Source: an uncultured Oscillospiraceae bacterium | GTDB taxonomy: Bacteria; Bacillota; Clostridia; RUG12999 | Direction: 5' to 3' | Length of the DNA: 60,126 nt | Assembly: GCA_964418245.1 (NCBI GenBank) | Contig: CAYQKW010000007.1 | Coordinates: 1 to 60,126 of the forward strand | Shown here: piece after piece, positions 51,247 through 59,563 of the stretch | Numbering within the stretch: position 1 is the first letter of the stretch | Layout: each line of letters begins with the position of its first letter | The notes under the pieces: model-generated | The model's database searches: none | Told to the model about the DNA's origin: nothing | The model's input: only the letters and a program-made list of their open reading frames with translations | Translations under genes and position numbers: made by a program

Positions 51247-51280
51247 TGGACAGAATTTGTCCATACCTCTTTTGTATAAT
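51247..51280 (+). promoter_or_regulatory. Palindromic site plus -10 element upstream of the GTPase
   Basis: TGGACA-GAATT-TGTCCA then TATAAT at 51275-51280; no canonical -35 at 17 bp spacing. Confidence 0.6.
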
Positions 51281-51312
51281 GGAATTACCAAATACGAAAG
51301 GGGTATTTTTTT

Positions 51313-52311
51313 ATGAATAACGAAACTATTTATGAACTCTTGGAAAAAGAAATTGGCGAATCCGAAATGTCCGATGCCGAAAAAAATAAAAAATTATCAC
51401 AACTGCTTAAGGCGCGTGGACAGAAAATCAACCTGATGCTGGTCGGAGCAACGGGAAGCGGAAAAAGCTCAACAATCAATTCTTTGTTCAACACAAGTGT
51501 CGCGAAAGTGGGTGTTGGCGTTGAACCCGAAACGGCAGATATTGAGTGCTATCAAATGGAGAACTTAACCATATGGGACACACCCGGACTGGGCGACAGT
51601 ATTCTTAAAGACAGCAAATATTCAAACGAAATTGTAAAAAAACTTTCGGAAACAGACGAGAACGGCACACTTCTTATTGACCTTGTCGTTGTGGTGGTAG
51701 ATGCGTCGTCAAAAGATTTGAATACGACGTATGACCTGATTAACAACATTCTTATCCCGTGCATGACAAAAGAAAACAAAGACAGGGTTATCGTTGCCGT
51801 AAATCAGGCCGATATGGCGATGAAAGGAACGCATTGGGATTTTGAAAACAACCGTCCGGACGAAACGCTTGAAGAATTTCTTGTAAGCAAGTGCCGTTCA
51901 ATAAAGAAAAGGATTTTTGAAGCAACGGAATGCGAATTTGATGTAATGTATTATTGCGCCGGCTATACAGATGAAGCTGGGGTTCAAAAACCTGCGTATA
52001 ACCTGACAAAATTGTTGTATAAAATTATGCTTTCGATACCTGCCTGTAAAAGATTGGCAATTGCGAAAAATCTCAACGATAACACTGATATGTGGGAGTT
52101 TGACGACGATGATGAAGACTATGCCGAAAGAATATCTGATTCTTTCGGAGAAATATTTATGGAAACGCTCTCGGATTTTGCCGAGAAAGGAGCGGAAATA
52201 GGCGGAGTTTGCCTTGGTGTGCCCGGTGCCGTCGCGGGTTCTGTGCTTGGCGGCGTTACCGGTATTGTCGCAGGTTTTTTCAAGGGTTTGTTCGGCAGAA
52301 AAAGCGCATAA
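51313..52311 (+). CDS. YkfA/YeeP-like (TRAFAC, MMR_HSR1-type) GTPase with C-terminal glycine zipper
   Basis: G1 GATGSGKS, G3 DTPG, G4 NQAD; tail GAEIGG..LGVPGAVAGSVLGGVTG. Confidence 0.85.
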   Translation: MNNETIYELLEKEIGESEMSDAEKNKKLSQLLKARGQKINLMLVGATGSGKSSTINSLFNTSVAKVGVGVEPETADIECYQMENLTIWDTPGLGDSILKDSKYSNEIVKKLSETDENGTLLIDLVVVVVDASSKDLNTTYDLINNILIPCMTKENKDRVIVAVNQADMAMKGTHWDFENNRPDETLEEFLVSKCRSIKKRIFEATECEFDVMYYCAGYTDEAGVQKPAYNLTKLLYKIMLSIPACKRLAIAKNLNDNTDMWEFDDDDEDYAERISDSFGEIFMETLSDFAEKGAEIGGVCLGVPGAVAGSVLGGVTGIVAGFFKGLFGRKSA

Positions 52312-52358
52312 ATTCACATTAAATCAAACCGTTAATATAATTGATGAGAGGTGAAAAA

Positions 52359-52415
52359 ATGCTTGTTTTTATACCAAAAAAATATTTGAAATATATTAAT
52401 TTGTTATGGATGTAA
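52359..52415 (+). CDS. Possible 18-aa peptide
   Basis: RBS AGAGGTG then MLVFIPKKYLKYINLLWM*. Confidence 0.3.
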   Translation: MLVFIPKKYLKYINLLWM

Positions 52416-52433
52416 TATTATCGGAGGCGGAAT

Positions 52434-52844
52434 ATGAAATTGAAAATCTGTGGTTTAACATTCGCTTTGTTGTCGTACATTCCGTTGTTGTTTCCTGTAT
52501 ATAAAGTACGAACCGCCGGCGAAACGGGATATGATTTGATAATCAGAGGGTTTAACCTTGCCGAATTTTCGGTATGGGGCGGTTTGCTTATGATTATCCC
52601 GATTATTCTGTTTGCACTTGCATATTGCGGTATCGGCAACCGGCATAAAAGCATTGCACTGATGGGAATTTGTATATTCGGTGTGATTACAGTCTGTTAT
52701 GCCGGTGTGCCGGCGAAAGAATGGGTCAAAAATGCGGCAGAGGGATATGTTCGGTACAGACCGTACCACATAATCGGTTTTGTCTGTATGCTGGCATCAA
52801 TGGCATGTACATTTGCGGATTGCAACAGGAGTACGGATAAATAA
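52434..52844 (+). CDS. Hypothetical 4-TM membrane protein
   Basis: RBS GGAGG; four hydrophobic segments. Confidence 0.6.
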   Translation: MKLKICGLTFALLSYIPLLFPVYKVRTAGETGYDLIIRGFNLAEFSVWGGLLMIIPIILFALAYCGIGNRHKSIALMGICIFGVITVCYAGVPAKEWVKNAAEGYVRYRPYHIIGFVCMLASMACTFADCNRSTDK

Positions 52845-52878
52845 ACAGATATGCCGAAAGCTTTGCTTGTTGCTGCAC

Positions 52879-52915
52879 GACAAAGGAAATGTCAATTTGC
52901 ACAATTTCCTTTGTC
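52879..52915. repeat. 12-bp inverted repeat (terminator or operator)
   Basis: GACAAAGGAAAT-N13-ATTTCCTTTGTC. Confidence 0.55.
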
Positions 52916-52973
52916 AAATTTTATATAAACCGACAAAAAATATTGCAGTCGACAAAAAAATTATCGAAAACCA

Positions 52974-53002
52974 TTGAAAAATATCGGATTAAATGATATA
53001 AT
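52974..53002 (+). promoter_or_regulatory. SigA-type promoter for the TerB-AAA operon
   Basis: TTGAAA-17-TATAAT with TG extension. Confidence 0.55.
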
Positions 53003-53141
53003 TGACTATGCTACACAAATAAAATATATAATAAGCTTGTTGCATTTTTTCCTTTTGGTAAAAATGCAGGCTCTTTTCGCATACAAGTTTATTATTTTAT
53101 GTGATTATTTGTGTAGCAACAAGCGGAGCTATGCATTTTTC

Positions 53142-53176
53142 GTGTGCCGGCCGAGCAATTCGGTCGGCACACTTTT
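53142..53176 (+). terminator. Terminator-like hairpin in the operon leader
   Basis: GTGTGCCGGCCGA-GCAAT-TCGGTCGGCACAC followed by TTTT. Confidence 0.6.
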
Positions 53177-53223
53177 GCGTATGTGCAGTGAACCGCAGAA
53201 TTAAACCATACAGGAGGGAAATT

Positions 53224-53646
53224 ATGTTTTTACACGAGTTGAACAATGAACAAAAGGACTTATTTCTTGACTTGTGCCTGTCGTTATCTTTGTCGGATAA
53301 TGAGTTTTCAAAAGAGGAAAAAAACATGGTGAAACAGTTTTGTGCCGAAATGATGATAAAAGAAAGATACAAAGTTTTATCCGACGCAAATGGTGTAATT
53401 GAAAAGCTCTCGGAAATATCAACAAAAAGAGAAAAAAGAATTGTATTGATTGAATTGACCGGAATTGTTTTGGCAGACGGGAAATACACCAAAGAAGAAA
53501 AAACACTTCTTAATGAAATCGGAGAAAAGTTTTCTGTTTCAAGTACCGAAATTGATGAAATGATAAATATTGTTTTGGAACTGTACGGAGTTTACGAAAA
53601 AATCGGTTCCTTTTTGAACGGCAAACACAAACGGGAGGGATTATAA
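53224..53646 (+). CDS. TerB-like (tellurite resistance B fold) protein
   Basis: MFL.EL..EQK..FL.L start; duplicated SDNEFSKEE / ADGKYTKEE motifs; RBS AGGAGG. Confidence 0.75.
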   Translation: MFLHELNNEQKDLFLDLCLSLSLSDNEFSKEEKNMVKQFCAEMMIKERYKVLSDANGVIEKLSEISTKREKRIVLIELTGIVLADGKYTKEEKTLLNEIGEKFSVSSTEIDEMINIVLELYGVYEKIGSFLNGKHKREGL

Positions 53647-54458
53647 TGAAAGATTTATTTTTTAAATATAAAGAAAACGGAAAAATATCGGAAGCACTGA
53701 TTGTCGGGCAGAATATGTTCAATAAATTCCTCGGAGAAAAAGAATATTTTGAACCGTATTTTTCACTGCTTGCCGAGTTGGCGTCAATCGGCGATTCCGC
53801 GCATAGAACCGGTTTTTTGCAGCAGGCAACGGCGGCAGTCGCGGCGTTTTCGGAAAATGCGGATTTGACTGAAGAAACCGTGGAATATATAACCCAAAAA
53901 GAAGCATTGCTTGAGGGTATATATGACAGTATCGAAGCGGAAAACGATAATAAAAGACGCGAAGCCGTAAAACAGAAAATCCAATTTAACGATGATGCAT
54001 TGAACCTGATTGAAAAACTGCTGTCACAGCTTGCGGTTGTGAAATCGAAAGATGAATTTGAAAAAATCATCCAAAACATCGGAAAGGTGGATTCAAGCAT
54101 AGACAAAGAATATCTTTCGGAACGTCAAGCCGCAAAATATTCCGAATTAACAGAAGCAAGTTCAAGTGCGGTCAGTGCAAAAATGACTTATTTTGAAAAA
54201 GAAAAAACCGGGGAATATAACCTGCGAGCCATAGAAGCATATGAAAAAATTTTTGAAATGTTTAAAAGCGGCGATATTCCCGATTTGCACAAAGAAGTGA
54301 TTGAAAATCTTTTTGCATTCGACGCTAAAATGTTATATAACGAAACGCTTGTTTATTACAACCATGTATACAATTATATACTGAACAAGCTGGATGACGA
54401 AGGTAAATTTAAATTAACCAAATATGCAATTTTGAGTGAAAAAAGAGGGTGTATGTAA
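53646..54458 (+). CDS. Hypothetical alpha-helical/coiled-coil protein
   Basis: 270-aa ORF, TAATG coupling at both ends, E/K-rich helical composition. Confidence 0.75.
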   Translation: MKDLFFKYKENGKISEALIVGQNMFNKFLGEKEYFEPYFSLLAELASIGDSAHRTGFLQQATAAVAAFSENADLTEETVEYITQKEALLEGIYDSIEAENDNKRREAVKQKIQFNDDALNLIEKLLSQLAVVKSKDEFEKIIQNIGKVDSSIDKEYLSERQAAKYSELTEASSSAVSAKMTYFEKEKTGEYNLRAIEAYEKIFEMFKSGDIPDLHKEVIENLFAFDAKMLYNETLVYYNHVYNYILNKLDDEGKFKLTKYAILSEKRGCM

Positions 54459-55831
54459 TGCTGATGTTACAAAAGAAACCGATAATCTCCACACATCAAT
54501 TGTATAATGAATGTATAAGAGTTTGTGAACAAAAGCCCGAAACAAAAAGCAAGTTGCCGGGCATGGCGGTAATGAACCGCGACGGAAAGTATCATACAAA
54601 CGGAGCGGAAGTTATCGCACCGGTTACAACCGCCTCAAGTCTGCCGTTTTACAGGCAAACACAGAACATAAATTTAGGGTTTTTACTATTGAAATCCGAA
54701 GTTATACGAAGAGGAACCGATTATGCGAGAAATACGCTTGCGTCAAGACGCGGTTTTGTTGCGGAAAATTTTGTAGCCGAAACTTATAATTTGGATGCAA
54801 TAATAAAAAAAATAAACGATAAGGCATTAGTTCCGGAAAGCAACAAATCCGCATCGCCGGACTTACTATATAACCACGGAAAAAATGAAGCAAGTCTTAA
54901 GTTTTATAAAGACGCCGTTGCAAGTGCCAAAGCACAGACAAATAAGGATTATGTCAATCAAAAAAGAATAATTCCCGAAGACCAAGTGAACGATGCAATA
55001 GAGCATCTTGACAAATTGGCACGAAAAAACGAATTCAAAGGCAGAACCGATGCCACACAGGTTCAAAGAAAAACAGCCGAAAATATTGATTCAAAAATCA
55101 TAAGCGACGAGGGTGTTGAATCCACACCGCTCACAAAAAAGCAGGCAGATGACCTTTCAAACGCATTTAAAGTTGATAAAGACGGGAATATTGTTATTGA
55201 TGAAAAGAAAATCGACAAAGTGTTTGAAGAAACCGGCGTGACGGATAAAGTTCATAAAGCAAAACTGCACAACGACCTGAAAGGTTTGGGGATTTCTGCG
55301 GCGATTGGCTTTGGAGTGGGAATTGCGATTACCGCCATCATGGAATTGGCGGCAAGCGGAATTTCTGCGGCGAATTTTGACGAAATTATATTTAATTCAT
55401 TTGCGGCCGGAACAGAATCCGCTGTGCTTTCCGCGGCAACTTACGGAATTAACAAGCTGACAACAAATGTGCTGCCGTCACTTATGAGTAATGTCGGATA
55501 CACGTTGAATTTTGCCGTTACCGGGCTGATTTCTGTGGTTGTTTTCTCGACATATCAATTTGTTAAGATGAAAATCAACGGCGAAGAAACAGGCAAAGCT
55601 TTGAGCGTTGTCGGCAAACAAGCCGGATTTTCGCTGTCGGTGCTTGCGGTTTCGGTTATAGCGCAGGGCGTTTGCGGCGGCGCTGCAGGCATTATTGTTT
55701 CCACGTCAATCGGGCTTATTTACATAACGTATAATATTGCAAAAACAGCACATCAGCGAAGAATATCCGAACAAATCCGCGAATATTCGATTGAACAATA
55801 CAAACCCCTGTTATTGCGGGGTTTGATGTAA
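54458..55831 (+). CDS. Hypothetical protein: soluble N-terminal domain plus Gly/Ala-rich multi-TM C-terminus
   Basis: GFVAE...SPD...EASLK segment; four to five hydrophobic helices in the C-terminal half. Confidence 0.75.
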   Translation: MLMLQKKPIISTHQLYNECIRVCEQKPETKSKLPGMAVMNRDGKYHTNGAEVIAPVTTASSLPFYRQTQNINLGFLLLKSEVIRRGTDYARNTLASRRGFVAENFVAETYNLDAIIKKINDKALVPESNKSASPDLLYNHGKNEASLKFYKDAVASAKAQTNKDYVNQKRIIPEDQVNDAIEHLDKLARKNEFKGRTDATQVQRKTAENIDSKIISDEGVESTPLTKKQADDLSNAFKVDKDGNIVIDEKKIDKVFEETGVTDKVHKAKLHNDLKGLGISAAIGFGVGIAITAIMELAASGISAANFDEIIFNSFAAGTESAVLSAATYGINKLTTNVLPSLMSNVGYTLNFAVTGLISVVVFSTYQFVKMKINGEETGKALSVVGKQAGFSLSVLAVSVIAQGVCGGAAGIIVSTSIGLIYITYNIAKTAHQRRISEQIREYSIEQYKPLLLRGLM

Positions 55832-55853
55832 TAAAAGAAATGAGGTTGAAATT

Positions 55854-56291
55854 ATGTATAAGTATGTTTTGGCTGCCGCCGGCGGAATTGCCATCGGTAT
55901 TGCCGTTGGTGTCATTTTACAGAAACAGCTTGAACAAGCGGAAAAAAACAAAAAATCGGAAAGAGCAAAACTTTTGGAATCGTGTTTCGGCGAACCGATG
56001 TATACAAACACGTTATCCATGACCGAAGTCAAAGACTGGATAAAAGCGCGCGAAGAAAAAATCAAATCGGGGTCAAAGGCAGTTGTGCTTAAAGTCAACG
56101 AAACAACACTGCGGAACATCGGAAAAGAACTGAACATCGGCGACGGTGTTGAGAACAACCTGGTTATAGCGATTATTAATAATACAACAAAGGAAATTGA
56201 TGATTCGACACTGATTAAATACGAAAAACTTGATACGCGTCTTGAGTCTGCTTTAAGTAAAGGAAATGGTGTACTGGTTGTGGAGGCGTGA
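55854..56291 (+). CDS. Small N-terminally membrane-anchored hypothetical protein
   Basis: RBS GAGGT; N-terminal TM helix. Confidence 0.7.
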   Translation: MYKYVLAAAGGIAIGIAVGVILQKQLEQAEKNKKSERAKLLESCFGEPMYTNTLSMTEVKDWIKAREEKIKSGSKAVVLKVNETTLRNIGKELNIGDGVENNLVIAIINNTTKEIDDSTLIKYEKLDTRLESALSKGNGVLVVEA

Positions 56292-56292
56292 T

Positions 56293-56550
56293 ATGTTGGG
56301 GTGGATTCTTGGCGGACTTTTGGCCGCCGCGGCTGTTGCCGTAATTGTGGTTACAATATCCGGCAGTATAAACAAGAAACGCATAGAAGAAGTGATGCGC
56401 AACAACGGTATTAAGGATGCATTAATAGAGGAAATTGACCGATGTGACAACGTCGTAAAATTATCGGATTTGGACAGTGACAAAGAAATTGAAATCCATG
56501 GTGATGACGTGAGCAATCGTTTGAAAGAATATGATATGGTCTTCATATGA
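56293..56550 (+). CDS. Small N-terminally membrane-anchored hypothetical protein
   Basis: RBS GGAGG; MLGWILGGLLAAAAVAVIVV. Confidence 0.7.
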   Translation: MLGWILGGLLAAAAVAVIVVTISGSINKKRIEEVMRNNGIKDALIEEIDRCDNVVKLSDLDSDKEIEIHGDDVSNRLKEYDMVFI

Positions 56551-56614
56551 TTATCTTTTTAATTAAGATGATGATATTGATGAATGATGATGGTAATATT
56601 ATTTTTATTTAGGG

Positions 56615-56983
56615 GTGATGCAAATGGATATTAACGGAAAAGATATAAAATTTGATGACGTCATAGATGCCATTGCCGAAGTAATCAAGCAAAAAGACTA
56701 TAAGGATATTTACACTTTTGATGAATGCATAAATTTTTATAAAATGTGCGAAAGCGCATATCCCTCCGTCAGCGGTTTTGTTATTTCGGTAAAGAAAAAC
56801 TACGAGCCGAAGAATGATAACGATAAACTTATCATTATTCAGGCAATGATTGATTCAATGAGAAGACCCGTAAAAGACAGTGCCGGCGAAAGCCTGAGCA
56901 AAATTGAACACGCAAGAACCATTGATAAAAAGCTTCTTGAATTTCTTGAGGGTAAAGAAACAAAAATAAAACAAATGAAATAG
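56615..56983 (+). CDS. Small soluble hypothetical protein
   Basis: 122-aa ORF co-oriented in the operon; RBS AGGGG. Confidence 0.65.
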   Translation: MMQMDINGKDIKFDDVIDAIAEVIKQKDYKDIYTFDECINFYKMCESAYPSVSGFVISVKKNYEPKNDNDKLIIIQAMIDSMRRPVKDSAGESLSKIEHARTIDKKLLEFLEGKETKIKQMK

Positions 56984-56993
56984 AACGGAGAAT

Positions 56994-57362
56994 GTGATTA
57001 TGATTGGATTAATAGCGGGAATCGTAGGTCTTGTTGCGCTTGGGTGCTTGGTTGCGTATGCCGTGATTTTAACGATAAAATGGATAAAAAATAAGATAAA
57101 AGAAAAACTTGCGAAGAAAAATGTCAAAAAAGTTGCCCTGGCAGATATTGAAGAATTGATTGCGGAATGCGACAATACAGTGTCGATAGATGCTTTGGAT
57201 GATTTATCGAACGAAGGATATTCGCATATTATGGCGGACGTGGGATATGACGGCGAAATTGTTGGCGATATTTCTGTAATTAAAGACGAAAACGTATCTT
57301 TGGACGATGAAGTGGAACAGTTGCTCGGCAAAAAAGGAATGGTTGTAGTGGAGGGACAGTAA
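56994..57362 (+). CDS. Small N-terminally membrane-anchored hypothetical protein
   Basis: N-terminal TM, Lys-rich linker, acidic domain; stop abuts the ATPase start. Confidence 0.7.
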   Translation: MIMIGLIAGIVGLVALGCLVAYAVILTIKWIKNKIKEKLAKKNVKKVALADIEELIAECDNTVSIDALDDLSNEGYSHIMADVGYDGEIVGDISVIKDENVSLDDEVEQLLGKKGMVVVEGQ

Positions 57363-58670
57363 ATGAAAAATTATCTGTGCATTCCGAGCGACATATATGA
57401 TTTGTCGGATATGCGACAAATCAATATGCTGTCGACAAATATCGATAATCGGCTGAAGAAATATTTCGGAATCATCAGTACGGATGTCGTGCGCAAAAAC
57501 GGTATAGATGCGATAGAAGTATATATAATGGGCAAACCGAGATATTCCGGATTTGAAAATGAAATCAAAGCAGAAGTTTTCGATTCAATTAAATCCGCAG
57601 ATTTAAAATGTGAACACATTGAAGTACATATAAAAATGAACTATGCGGCGTTCAATCCGAATTTTATGCCCACCGATGATAAAAAGACCGATGAGGATAA
57701 AGCCGAAGCCGCAAAAAAAGCGGACAGCGGCAAGCGGCGCGAAACTTCTGATGAATATGATTACGAAAAGCTTTCGTACAATTATCGGGCAGAAGAACCG
57801 CGTTTTTCGTTTGAACAGGTCATTTTGCCGGAATCGACAAGAAAACAAATTGAACAGGCAATCGGCATATTGGAAGTGGAACATAAAGTGTTTGATGAAT
57901 GGGGACTGCGTTCAATCATTCCCGAAGCAACCTCGGCATTAAGTTTTTTCGGACCGCCCGGAACGGGAAAATCCATGTCGGCGGAAGCAGTGGCACAAAG
58001 ACTGGGCAAAAAAATTTTGAAAGCAACATATGCCGATATTGAAAGCAAATATCACGGTGAAGGTCCCAAAATGGTAAAGGCGATTTTTAAAGCGGCAGAA
58101 AGAGAAGATGCGGTTCTTTTTCTTGACGAGTCCGATTCACTGCTCTCGAAAAGGCTGACCAACGTATCCGACGGTTCGGCACAGGCGATAAATTCAATGA
58201 GAAGCCAGTTGCTGATAAGTCTTGAACATTTCAGCGGCATTGTTATTTTTGCAACAAACTTGGTTGTTAATTATGACAAGGCATTTCTTTCAAGACTTAT
58301 AAACGTTGAGTTTACTTTCCCCACAAAAGAGGAACGAGTGAAGATTTGGTGGAATCATTTGAAAACAGAGCATATTCATATCCCGTTGGCATATGATGTG
58401 AATATTGAAGAGATTGCGTCCGAATTTGAGCTGTGCGGACGAGAAATTAAAAATGCCGTTAAAAATGCCTGCATTTCTGCGGCACTTTCAAAAAAGGACA
58501 TTGTATCGCACTGTGACCTGATGACGGCGGCAAGGCAAATACTCGAAGAAAGAGAAAAGGTATATGCCGCCAAAGACCAAACAAATATAAAAAGTCCCAA
58601 CATGAGCGAGGCGGCAAAGAAAGATATAAAAGAAGTTTTGCAAAAGAAAATTGACAAGACACAAAGTTGA
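57363..58670 (+). CDS. Classical-clade AAA+ ATPase with unrecognised N-terminal domain
   Basis: Walker A GPPGTGKS, pore loop SKYHGEG, Walker B LFLDE, FATN..DKAFLSR. Confidence 0.9.
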   Translation: MKNYLCIPSDIYDLSDMRQINMLSTNIDNRLKKYFGIISTDVVRKNGIDAIEVYIMGKPRYSGFENEIKAEVFDSIKSADLKCEHIEVHIKMNYAAFNPNFMPTDDKKTDEDKAEAAKKADSGKRRETSDEYDYEKLSYNYRAEEPRFSFEQVILPESTRKQIEQAIGILEVEHKVFDEWGLRSIIPEATSALSFFGPPGTGKSMSAEAVAQRLGKKILKATYADIESKYHGEGPKMVKAIFKAAEREDAVLFLDESDSLLSKRLTNVSDGSAQAINSMRSQLLISLEHFSGIVIFATNLVVNYDKAFLSRLINVEFTFPTKEERVKIWWNHLKTEHIHIPLAYDVNIEEIASEFELCGREIKNAVKNACISAALSKKDIVSHCDLMTAARQILEEREKVYAAKDQTNIKSPNMSEAAKKDIKEVLQKKIDKTQS

Positions 58671-58688
58671 AATTCGACAGAATGCATT

Positions 58689-58734
58689 GAAACGGGCAAA
58701 CACGGCACAAGCTTGTGCTGTGTTTGCCCGTTTC
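58689..58734. terminator. Long hairpin closing the island (between convergent genes)
   Basis: GAAACGGGCAAACACGGCACAAG/CTTGTGCTGTGTTTGCCCGTTTC near-perfect palindrome. Confidence 0.75.
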
Positions 58735-58818
58735 TGTCAGTATATCGCCATGGGTTTGTACGTAATTTGATAATTACGAAAAGAAATTGTATCGGTGAGT
58801 TGAAGATATATCATAAAA

Positions 58819-59463
58819 TCAGCGGTGTTTCGGCAAAAGCACAAGTTTGTATACGGTCGGCACCGCGGCTGTTGTTATGATTGTTTCCGGTATCATATAT
58901 GCGCCGTTGTAAATCACGGAATATAACAGTACAAGTTTTCTGCCGCTCACATTATCCGTAACAAATTTGCAGAACGGCTTGAAAATCGCTATCTGCGAAA
59001 GTCCGCCGCCGAAAAACCATTCCGCCCATGCGGAAAAAAATATTGCTCCGGATATAATGTGCATTGCATATTTTAACGTTAAAGCCGTCAATGTGCCAAA
59101 AACAACCTCTGCGGTCGCGGATTTCAATTTATTTTTGAATATGCCGCCGAAACCGAGTACACCGTATGCCGCGATATAGTCAAAAAAACATACTCCGATT
59201 GCCGCCGAAAATGCCATATGGTTTTCTCCGGGCAAAAAAAATGCCGATACCGTACCCATGCCGGTTAAAATCTGTATAATTCCGTAAACAACAGCCGCTC
59301 CGATGCCCCATTTCACATTGTATATACAGCTTATAAGGATTATCGGCAACATAGACGCAAGTGTAATTGAACCGCCAAACGGAAATTCGGATATTTTTAC
59401 AAACGACAGTATTGTTGCAACCGCAAGCAGCATTGCCGTTGTTACAAGTTTTTTTGTTTTCAT
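58819..59463 (-). CDS. thiT: ThiT-like energy-coupled transporter S component
   Basis: PFGGSITLASMLP, DY..AY, HIISGAIFF, YS..YNG.YM.PE. Confidence 0.8.
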   Translation of the reverse strand: MKTKKLVTTAMLLAVATILSFVKISEFPFGGSITLASMLPIILISCIYNVKWGIGAAVVYGIIQILTGMGTVSAFFLPGENHMAFSAAIGVCFFDYIAAYGVLGFGGIFKNKLKSATAEVVFGTLTALTLKYAMHIISGAIFFSAWAEWFFGGGLSQIAIFKPFCKFVTDNVSGRKLVLLYSVIYNGAYMIPETIITTAAVPTVYKLVLLPKHR

Positions 59464-59563
59464 GATTACCTCCCTTTTCGGTTTTTGAGATATTCGGTTT
59501 CGGCAAATCTGTTCTGTCTGAACAAACAGTGTGAAACAGCTTGAAAAAGAACAAAATAATAGT

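Noticed and set aside
56565-56595. GAT-rich low-complexity run
   Set aside because: Short and imperfect; no evidence of function.
50160-58800. Island as prophage, ICE or transposon
   Set aside because: No integrase, transposase or phage genes, and no att-like direct repeats noticed by eye.
59464-59563. Expected TPP riboswitch upstream of the thiT-like gene
   Set aside because: No CTGAGA or AACCTGA...GCG.AGG core is visible.
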